Below, one piece after another: positions 1 to 6,689 of a stretch of DNA of 28,645 bases. The notes beneath the pieces are model-generated. The model was not told the DNA's origin and ran no database searches. It saw nothing but the letters and a program-made list of their open reading frames with translations. The stretch lies in the IMG/VR virus record IMGVR_UViG_3300048857_000044, positions 1 through 28,645 of that record; one strand, given 5' to 3'. The stretch is from a virus. Taxonomy: Duplodnaviria > Caudoviricetes. The first letter of the stretch is position 1. Each line of letters starts with the position of its first letter. Position numbers and translations under genes: made by a program.

Positions 1-611
1 ATGCGCCGAGCTAACCGGCCTTGGACCCTTGAGGAACGTCGCACAGTTCTAGAGGCAGCTCCTTGGCAGATTAAGGTTCCGCTGGCCCTTGCCATGTTCA
101 CTGGGCTGCGAAAACGCGATTGCCTTACTCTGCCAAAATCGGCCATTCGCGATGGCGCAATTCATCTGGAGACCTCTAAGACTGGGGAAGAGGTTCAGAT
201 CCCGATTCACCCCGGTCTCCAGCTGGTTCTCGAAGCAGCGCCGTCTCATGACGCTATAACTGTCGCTGCTACAACGAATAGTACCCCTTGGACGGAGAGC
301 GGCTTCAACTCGGTCTGGGATCGTTTTAACGATAAGCTACAGGAGGAAGGCCGGATCGGCGGTCATCTGACCATTCATGGCTTGCGGCACACTGTTGGAG
401 CTATGTTGGCCGAGTCAGAGGCCAGCCTTGACGACATCAGGCGGCACTTGGGCAGAAGACCCTTGCAATGGCACAGCATTATTCTGAGCGAGCCAAGAAG
501 CGACCGGCAATTCGAATGGCTGTAGAGAAGCTAGACCCTTTAGGCACACGAGTGTCTAACCCAGCCCCTGACGAAGCCACGCCACCAAAAGATCCTAATG
601 AAATCAAATAG
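1..611 (+). pseudogene. Tyrosine recombinase/phage integrase, C-terminal catalytic domain (probably 5'-truncated by the window), frameshifted near 452
   Basis: Motifs TGLR, TSKTG and HGLRH are in frame 1. The remaining tail QKTLAMAQHYSERAK, with the catalytic Tyr, lies in the -1 frame from 453 to TAG 609-611. Confidence 0.85.
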
Positions 612-726
612 AAGAGTGGTGCCCAGGGGCGGAACACACTTCTTCTATGATCTCAGGCACTTAGCTCAAAGTGGGACCCAAAACCATTCTCTGAAATCAT
701 TAGGCTTTTTGCGCCCTGAGTCCCAC
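594..726. repeat. Putative att-arm/accessory-factor binding repeats flanking the core
   Basis: CCTAATGAAATCA (594-606) and TGAAATCATTAGG (692-704) are imperfect inverted copies; GTGGGAC (671-677) and GTCCCAC (720-726) are an inverted pair. Confidence 0.5.
617..634 (-). other. att core: 3' end of a tRNA (Phe-like), TTCCGCCCCTGGGCACCA
   Basis: Minus strand reads T-arm 3' side, acceptor strand and CCA; the rest of the tRNA is absent; lies 5 bp from the integrase stop. Confidence 0.8.
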
Positions 727-829
727 CAATTTTGCCCCTCCCCCTGCCTCTCTGGAGGCGACATAGCGGACGTCGAGTAACGCTAAAGAGAGTTGTTGTG
801 TACGGGCGCAATCGGCTAAACGGGCCAGC

Positions 830-1174
830 ATGACACCCAAAATATTCTTCCGCTGGGTTGCTTGGCTGCTCGTCCTTGCCATTGCGGTCTTTACGGTTGC
901 GCCGATCGGCTTCCGCCCCATCACTGGGACACCGGCCAGCTTTGAGCGCTTCGTCGCCTTCGCCGTGATTGGATCAGCTTTCTGCCTGGGCTATCCGCGA
1001 CACCGCCTCCACATCCTTATTCTATTGATCGGGATCGTTGGCTTGCTTGAGGTCGCTCAGAACTTTGTTCCGGGCCGCCATGGTCGTGTCCCGGATGGGC
1101 TAGTAAAGGCATCAGGCGCTCTCATCGGTGCAGCCTTCGCCGTGCTCGTCACACGCCGGGGGCGAGCTCCCTAG
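830..1174 (+). CDS. VanZ-like membrane protein
   Basis: Four hydrophobic segments; ERFVAF and LEVAQ..VPGRHG..D motifs typical of VanZ-like proteins. Confidence 0.7.
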   Translation: MTPKIFFRWVAWLLVLAIAVFTVAPIGFRPITGTPASFERFVAFAVIGSAFCLGYPRHRLHILILLIGIVGLLEVAQNFVPGRHGRVPDGLVKASGALIGAAFAVLVTRRGRAP

Positions 1175-1254
1175 CCTGATCGGTTGCCTCCTGCTTCTCT
1201 TCCTAACCTGGGACAGGAGTGATATTGATCCTATGATCTTGAATGGGGTCGTGA

Positions 1255-1488
1255 GTGAGTGTCAACAGGATACCCTGCTACGCTGTAAAGGTTGAGATCC
1301 CTAACCAGCTCGGTGGATCGGATATTACCTACTATCTGGTTCGGACAGACTCAGAGGCTTTGGCGATCAGCGCTGTTCAAAAGATCCTCCCCGAGCTCTG
1401 GAAAGCCGTAAAGGCAAACCAGACGGCCCTTCGCACAGAAACTGCGGAGGCACTTGATCTACGTCCTGGCATCCCTCGCCCAATGTGA
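1255..1488 (+). CDS. Hypothetical protein
   Basis: 77-aa ORF with natural amino-acid composition, co-oriented with its neighbours. Confidence 0.55.
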   Translation: MSVNRIPCYAVKVEIPNQLGGSDITYYLVRTDSEALAISAVQKILPELWKAVKANQTALRTETAEALDLRPGIPRPM

Positions 1489-1566
1489 GCCTCTCCTCCC
1501 GCTTCTCTTCCAGAGGAGGATGAGTGGCGAGGCTTTTAAGGACTGCGGCCTAGCCGCTATGGTGTT

Positions 1567-2307
1567 ATGGGGAAAGAGAGATGGGGGCTTCTCTTGGGCT
1601 GGTTGTCTATTATTGGCGAGACGGAATTTATTGCAGCTATAGTTGGTTCGGTTGCGGGTGGTGGCATCGCCTATGCAATGCAAAGATCAGCTATCAACAA
1701 AGTGGACCGCAGAAGGGAGGCCGATCGGAGGGAGGCACAGCAGGCCCTCGGGCAATCCCTATTAATCAAGACGATACGCATTCAGAGTAATATTGCCGCT
1801 ATTCAGAAATATATTGCGTCCTCTTTCAACGAGGCTAAGAAAGCGGGCTACAATGGCAAGCCTTGGCAGATCGTAAAGCCGCTCGCAAGCATCCCGCCAC
1901 GCATTGATTTCACCACAGAAGAGCTTTCCTTGTTACTCTCATTAAGAGACAGTGAGCTATTCAACAGCTTATCTCAGCTAGACAACATCTATAACAATTT
2001 TATGGATATCTTATCTACGTTCAACGCTCGCAAGCATACACTAAATGATGGCCTCCCCGGGATCGTTGTAGAAGGGACCGTACTCACGAAACCGATACCT
2101 GAAGAGCAAGCACTGAAGCTCTTGCCGATAATGCATGACATCGATCAACTGATAGGATACCTCCAAGAGAGAGCTGAGGTTGATCGCGCGGAGGCAGACA
2201 AGGCTCTTGAGCGCTTGGCACTTTTGCTAAATGACCGGCTTGAACTCGGGATTTCGATTGAAGCAAAGGCGGCTGTTCCTGATGCTTTGATCCCACGGAC
2301 CTCATGA
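1567..2307 (+). CDS. Hypothetical membrane-anchored helical protein (AT-richer accessory gene)
   Basis: 246-aa ORF, N-terminal hydrophobic segment followed by charged helical sequence; visibly lower GC than the late genes. Confidence 0.75.
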   Translation: MGKERWGLLLGWLSIIGETEFIAAIVGSVAGGGIAYAMQRSAINKVDRRREADRREAQQALGQSLLIKTIRIQSNIAAIQKYIASSFNEAKKAGYNGKPWQIVKPLASIPPRIDFTTEELSLLLSLRDSELFNSLSQLDNIYNNFMDILSTFNARKHTLNDGLPGIVVEGTVLTKPIPEEQALKLLPIMHDIDQLIGYLQERAEVDRAEADKALERLALLLNDRLELGISIEAKAAVPDALIPRTS

Positions 2308-2443
2308 CCTACTCCCGCGACACCACTGCCGTCTCCAAACCTGCTGGCTAATCCGGAGGTGCGCGACTTTGTACGGGAACGATCATTCACCTTGGCTGTT
2401 GCTCATTTCCCGATCTAGGTTTGCCCCATAGTGTCGGTAACTC

Positions 2444-2474
2444 AGCGCCAGCCTTCGGGAGGCGCTTTCTTTTT
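2444..2474 (+). terminator. Rho-independent terminator
   Basis: AGCGCC...GGCGCT stem followed by TTCTTTTT. Confidence 0.65.
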
Positions 2475-2563
2475 GTCGAAGGGGCATGCCCCATCAGGAG
2501 CGGAAGACATCCTCGCGCCCGATTGTCTCCTTAGAAAAGGCTCCCCTTAGGAGGTGACTATGC

Positions 2564-2821
2564 GTGGACCTTCGACCGATAGAGCGTCGATCAAGTGAGG
2601 GGTTCCCCATGAGCCTCGAAGGATGGTTTGCAAGCGAGACAACGGGTGAACCGACGAAGTGTACTGTCTGGGACCTTTCGGAAACCGAAGTACGTCTCGT
2701 GATCCCTCCTCCGGCCGATGTGCCTCTTGAGTTCGAACTAAAGATCCCGAGCAAGGGTGCGACGGCCTGGGTCCGTCTCATCTGGAACAGCGGAAACCAC
2801 TATGGGGCGCGGTTCATCTGA
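2564..2821 (+). CDS. Stand-alone PilZ-domain protein with degenerate c-di-GMP motifs
   Basis: AGGAGGT RBS; ERR...CTVWDLSET.VRL...FEL...RLIW...YGARF PilZ pattern. Confidence 0.7.
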   Translation: MDLRPIERRSSEGFPMSLEGWFASETTGEPTKCTVWDLSETEVRLVIPPPADVPLEFELKIPSKGATAWVRLIWNSGNHYGARFI

Positions 2822-2876
2822 CAGCTGGCAACTGAGATCAACGCTTCACCCCATCATGCCACACCCTCAGCGTGAC

Positions 2877-3134
2877 CTAAGACGGCAACTCGTCGTCCAG
2901 AGTTCCTTCCTCGACGACTAGCGATAGGGCTAGCCGAATAACTGCTTGCCCGGTTTCATCTCGAATATTCACCACGAAGGAGCGAAAGTTACTGTTCGGG
3001 AGGGCATCTCTAACCATGTCTGGAAGGGCACGCTGAGCCTCTAGCTTGGCGGCATCGATGTCCGCTAGTTCGAGGCCGTTCTCGTCAGAGACAAAGTTCT
3101 CGCCATCGTAGGTGTCGAAGAAATAGCGGGGCAT
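2877..3134 (-). CDS. DUF6894-like small protein
   Basis: MPRYFFD..DG...DENGLEL.D..AA..EA..AL.DM signature common in Rhizobiales. Confidence 0.75.
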   Translation of the reverse strand: MPRYFFDTYDGENFVSDENGLELADIDAAKLEAQRALPDMVRDALPNSNFRSFVVNIRDETGQAVIRLALSLVVEEGTLDDELPS

Positions 3135-3337
3135 CGGCACTCCCAAGCTGTGGGTCTGAGTCTATCAACCGGGGAGTGCAGCCTTTGTTCAGCCCTTCAA
3201 GACCTCGGCATGACACACTGCCGCACCAACTTACCACTTTAGGGACATGGCTCCTCCATTCGAGGTCGCCTTACAACTGGAACCAGAGTGTACCTGTCAG
3301 GCTTTGCTGGAGACGTGCCATCTCTGGTGGGGCAGCA

Positions 3338-3517
3338 ATGGTTTATGGGCAGCATGAGATGGATGTGGCGCTAGATAAGAAGCGACACGAAGTGGAAGAG
3401 CGCTTAGCTCGGGAAACCCGAATTGGCTGGCCCACTCTGACGGCCATTGCCGTTCTCCTCGCCATGGGCGCAGCGATCGTTGGTTACCTATTCCTTCAAA
3501 CAGGTGCCGGTCACTGA
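3338..3517 (+). CDS. Small membrane protein
   Basis: MVYGQHEMD... 59 aa with one C-terminal TM helix; ATG 3338 is more plausible than the longer ORF call. Confidence 0.55.
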   Translation: MVYGQHEMDVALDKKRHEVEERLARETRIGWPTLTAIAVLLAMGAAIVGYLFLQTGAGH

Positions 3518-3600
3518 CACCTCCCTCACTGCCTACGCCCCTGTGGACTGTGGGGACACCACAACCGCCCCTATAGGCTTGGCGGTCTCCCTCAAGGCAT

Positions 3601-3615
3601 GTTCCCCCTTCGTTC
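3601..3615 (+). promoter_or_regulatory. Alphaproteobacterial LexA (SOS) box
   Basis: GTTC-CCCCTTC-GTTC (GTTC-N7-GTTC), 12 bp upstream of ATG 3628. Confidence 0.75.
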
Positions 3616-3627
3616 ACGGAGCGGAGC

Positions 3628-3978
3628 ATGCCCAAGACCTACGATCGGACCTTCCAGCTCAGGCACTACCCACTCCCGAAGCTTGTCGTGGAGTGCATCA
3701 AGTGCGGGCGCAAGAGCAGGTTCGACAAAGCACAGCTGATCGAGAAGCTGGGGGAGACCTACCCAGTGCACCAGGCGAAAGACCGCCTGACAGAGAACTG
3801 GGAGTGCACCAAATCAGACGCCATGCCGGCCTGTGCCCTGCACCCGAGAGCCATGTACTGCCTCCCCTATCTGCCGGAATGGCAGGATCGGGTGAACCAG
3901 TTCTTCCTTGATATGAAGTATGGCCGGAACCCAGAGGCACTTTATGCCGAGCCACAAGCAAAAGCCCCGCCGGCCTGA
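3628..3978 (+). CDS. Cys-rich (CxxC) hypothetical protein, predicted SOS-inducible
   Basis: GGAG RBS, VECIKCGR motif plus further Cys residues; LexA box upstream. Confidence 0.7.
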   Translation: MPKTYDRTFQLRHYPLPKLVVECIKCGRKSRFDKAQLIEKLGETYPVHQAKDRLTENWECTKSDAMPACALHPRAMYCLPYLPEWQDRVNQFFLDMKYGRNPEALYAEPQAKAPPA

Positions 3979-3990
3979 GCCAGCGGGGCT
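3960..3990 (-). terminator. Terminator of the late/lysis operon (possibly bidirectional)
   Basis: Minus strand AGCCCCGCTGGC-TCAG-GCCGGCGGGGCT followed by a short T run; lies between convergent genes. Confidence 0.6.
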
Positions 3991-4072
3991 ATCGCATGGC
4001 CAAGTGATGTGCCGCATCTCCTGGAACGGGACGACATAGAGTCGAGGTGCTTCGCGGCAAGGCTCGGCTTCA

Positions 4073-4507
4073 CTAAGATCGAGTGGCCAGTGTCTTGATA
4101 ATCGCATCCCCAATCGTCTCAAGGCGGGTGCTGATCTGCTCCAGCCGATCGACAATCCTATCCATGCCCTGGTTGGTGCGCCGCTCAAGCTCCTGCATCT
4201 CGTGCTTGGTGGCGTATTGCTTGGCAACCTCCTCCCGGAACTCAGCGTGGTGGCCTCGCATGGCGGTTACTCCTGCATTGATGGCGACCTGAAACGCTTC
4301 CCGCTCCTTGCGATCCAGTTCCCGTTCGGCCTCTCGGTTCTGTTTAAACGTATTCAGGCGCTCTTCGATACGCTTGATGTCACTAGCCGCGGACTTGATT
4401 TCCTGAGTTTTGCTGCCGAGGCTGAACACCCATCCAACAAACCCGACGATAGCCAGCGACCCGGTGATGAGGGTCGCCGGCGAGATAACAGGGCTCCATT
4501 CAAGCAT
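4073..4507 (-). CDS. Lysis-cassette membrane protein (N-terminal TM plus coiled coil)
   Basis: Directly after the holin; one TM helix then a charged helical region. Confidence 0.7.
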   Translation of the reverse strand: MLEWSPVISPATLITGSLAIVGFVGWVFSLGSKTQEIKSAASDIKRIEERLNTFKQNREAERELDRKEREAFQVAINAGVTAMRGHHAEFREEVAKQYATKHEMQELERRTNQGMDRIVDRLEQISTRLETIGDAIIKTLATRS

Positions 4508-4520
4508 TCGATCAGCCTCT

Positions 4521-4796
4521 CTAGAGCGACCGCGCGACGATCTTCTCGCTCGCTGTCTTCAAGGCTGTCTTGGGATCGGCAATGATCTGCTGAACGTTCG
4601 GAACGGCCGCCGCCGCCTCGACCAGGCCTGTATTGCGACGGGCCCAAAGCCCCCAGACCGTCACGCCGATGGTGAGGATGGCTGCGATTAGCGTCTCCAT
4701 CTGAGCGCCGGTCATGTAGCCGTTCGTCACGACGGAAGCGCCGACGATCTGAAGGAGCGTGCGGACAAGCGAAAGGATCTGCTCTTGATTGAACAT
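4521..4796 (-). CDS. Putative phage holin
   Basis: 91 aa, two TM helices, basic WARR after TM2, directly after the endolysin. Confidence 0.75.
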   Translation of the reverse strand: MFNQEQILSLVRTLLQIVGASVVTNGYMTGAQMETLIAAILTIGVTVWGLWARRNTGLVEAAAAVPNVQQIIADPKTALKTASEKIVARSL

Positions 4797-4828
4797 GGGG
4801 GTAGGCTTCGTTTGTAGCGGGTTAGTGT

Positions 4829-5368
4829 TCAGGCGGCTTTCTTGAGAGTGGCAGCCGCGGCCATCTTAAGGGCTTCCTTCTCGACGCCCTGGACGCGAGC
4901 CATCCAGCCTTTGCCGAAGGTCTTCCAAGTGCTGAGGCGGGTGAGAAAGGATAGCCGGTCGGTGCACAGGCGCTTGATCAGCACCTGAGGGTCAGTGTTG
5001 CGGACCGCCTTAAGGGTGATTGGACCGATCTTGCCGTCATCCGCCACACCCACGGCGCGCTGCAAGGCCATGACGGATCGCTGAACGCCAGAGTTCACGG
5101 CGAAATCGAACACGGCATAGTCGACGCCGGCCGGGAGGCTGTCGGCCCTACAGGCGTCCCAGTAGTTCTTGCGGTAGATCGAGGCCACAGTGGCAGGCTT
5201 CAGGGCCTTCACCTCTGCCTTGGTCGCCCTCCGGCCCAGCCAGCCGCTTAGGGTGCCAATGGTCACGCCCAGGTTCGTGGCACCGCCAGGATCCTTGGGG
5301 TGATCCACATAGCCGCCTTCGTGTTTGAGGACGAGCGATAAGGCTCTCCCGAACGTATCGGTAGACAT
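4829..5368 (-). CDS. Endolysin, glycoside hydrolase family 108 with PG-binding domain
   Basis: HEGGYVDHPKDPGGATNLGVT, FDFAVNSG and FGKGW motifs; GGAG RBS favours ATG at 5368 (MSTDTFG). Confidence 0.93.
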   Translation of the reverse strand: MSTDTFGRALSLVLKHEGGYVDHPKDPGGATNLGVTIGTLSGWLGRRATKAEVKALKPATVASIYRKNYWDACRADSLPAGVDYAVFDFAVNSGVQRSVMALQRAVGVADDGKIGPITLKAVRNTDPQVLIKRLCTDRLSFLTRLSTWKTFGKGWMARVQGVEKEALKMAAAATLKKAA

Positions 5369-5380
5369 TGATTTCTCCAT

Positions 5381-5406
5381 GAAAAAAGGCGCTCAGAAGA
5401 GCGCCC
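5381..5406 (-). terminator. Rho-independent terminator closing the TnpB cassette
   Basis: GGGCGCTC-TTCT-GAGCGCCT followed by a T run. Confidence 0.85.
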
Positions 5407-5437
5407 TTACGGTTATGGCCTTGCGTTTGACGACTGG

Positions 5438-5530
5438 CCCGAATGTCTCGGTGGTGGCTGCTCCCGGCCCTTTAGCGCTGGGCTCCTTCTGCAAGCGTGT
5501 CCAGCCCGACACGGAGAATGTTCTTCGCGG
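5438..5530 (-). ncRNA. Predicted TnpB omega/reRNA, 3' part (5' end uncertain), with 16-nt guide CACCGAGACATTCGGG at 5453-5438
   Basis: IS605-type right-end-like sequence CTTGCAGAAGGA...GGGAGCAGCCAC overlaps the tnpB 3' end; the guide is taken as the sequence just after it. Confidence 0.65.
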
Positions 5531-6515
5531 CATTCACGTCTCTGTCGTGGACAGTTCCGCAATCGTCGCAAGTCCAGTCCCTTACTCCAAGCCCTGCGAT
5601 ACCTCTCGGCCTCGACGGCGGAAGACATCCGCATGTCGAACAGGTTTGGGTACTCATAGCCTCAGAGGCTTCAACAACACGCCCACCATGCCTAACGGCC
5701 TTGTATGAGAGCATCTGCTTGAAGCCCGCCCATCCGGCGTCGTTCACCGACTTCGCCATTCGGGTCTTGGCCAGCCTTGACGGGCTCACATCGCCTACGA
5801 CGATAGTCCCGTATCCCTTAACCACCGCATTAGCGGACTTGTGCAGGAAATCCTTGCGACGGTTCCGAGCCTTCGCGTGGATCGTACGCACGCGCTTCGA
5901 CTTGCGGGCCCGCTGTGCTGTTGAGAGAGCCTCCTCACTCGCACGATAGAAACGCGGCATTTCAATCTTTTGGCCATTTGACAGCGTAGCGAGTGTCTTT
6001 AGGCCAAGATCAATCCCAACTGCGTTTGAATAGTTCGGCTCCTGCAGCTCGACCTCAACCGGGACGTTGATGTACCAGTGGCCCTTCGCGTCAGCGTTGA
6101 ACGATCCTGCACCAAATGTCATTCCTGGGGTCAGAACGTCCCGCAGGTGCATCGCCTCGTAGCGCACGCCCCGAAATACGAGCACCTCACCGTCGAAGCG
6201 TACATGCCCTGTGTTGAAGGGCACCCACCCAAGAGACTTCCGGCTGCGCCAGCGCAACCAAGGCTTTTTCTGTGTCTTGCGAGAGTCATCGTAGGCGCGG
6301 CACACGCGCTGGATGGTGTGAGCGTGGATATCGAGTTCCTTGCCCGCCCCTGCGGTGAGCCGCATGAGGTCGTAGACGCTCAACCACCTACGATGGGCCG
6401 AGGCGGCTTTCTTCTGGATCTCATTACAGTAGTTCCAGACAAAGTTGACCGCCCGCGCCTGCCTACTGAGTTCAGCTGCGTGCTTGTCGCGAAGGCGCAA
6501 CTTGACGGTGATCAT
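5472..6515 (-). CDS. tnpB: RNA-guided endonuclease TnpB (IS200/IS605 OrfB family), no tnpA; start may be GTG 6542
   Basis: VNFVWNYCN, RuvC-I VGIDLGLK, AKSVNDAGW, zinc finger CSTC...CDDC, RuvC-III HDRDVNAA. Confidence 0.93.
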   Translation of the reverse strand: MITVKLRLRDKHAAELSRQARAVNFVWNYCNEIQKKAASAHRRWLSVYDLMRLTAGAGKELDIHAHTIQRVCRAYDDSRKTQKKPWLRWRSRKSLGWVPFNTGHVRFDGEVLVFRGVRYEAMHLRDVLTPGMTFGAGSFNADAKGHWYINVPVEVELQEPNYSNAVGIDLGLKTLATLSNGQKIEMPRFYRASEEALSTAQRARKSKRVRTIHAKARNRRKDFLHKSANAVVKGYGTIVVGDVSPSRLAKTRMAKSVNDAGWAGFKQMLSYKAVRHGGRVVEASEAMSTQTCSTCGCLPPSRPRGIAGLGVRDWTCDDCGTVHDRDVNAAKNILRVGLDTLAEGAQR

Positions 6516-6611
6516 CTGCTTTGGGACAACAGCATCAGCCACTCGGCGCGGTTCCCTCGCGTCATTGGTTATGGCCGGATCCGGTGTTAGCAGCACTGCT
6601 CTGGCCCGCCG

Positions 6612-6639
6612 AGTATACGAACATCTCAAGAACATTCAA
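6612..6639 (-). promoter_or_regulatory. Sigma70-type promoter of tnpB with a LexA box in the spacer
   Basis: TTGAAT (6639-6634)-N16-TATACT (6617-6612); GTTC-TTGAGAT-GTTC at 6633-6619. Confidence 0.8.
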
Positions 6640-6648
6640 GCTGATCTG

Positions 6649-6672
6649 TGTCTCGGTGGTCATGATGTCCTC
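6649..6672 (-). pseudogene. Remnant of the original endolysin start (RBS plus MTTET)
   Basis: GAGGA-CATC-ATG ACC ACC GAG ACA, 26 bp after the preceding tail gene; parallels MSTDT of the resident endolysin. Confidence 0.7.
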
Positions 6673-6689
6673 GTGATGTGGGAATGATG

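Noticed and set aside
617-700. Intact tRNA gene
   Set aside because: Only the last 18 nt match; no anticodon or D arm upstream on the minus strand
6516-6635. N-terminal extension of TnpB in the ORF track
   Set aside because: The called start lies inside the promoter and LexA box; a TnpB-like N-terminus begins near 6542-6515
5381-6648. Ordinary autonomous IS200/IS605 insertion
   Set aside because: No tnpA; the left boundary lies inside the guide match rather than directly after the TAM; the cassette has its own terminator and a replacement gene start
6562-6663. 33-aa ORF MTTETQISLNV... as a functional peptide
   Set aside because: Best explained as the old endolysin start reading into promoter and leader DNA; a translational-coupling role cannot be excluded
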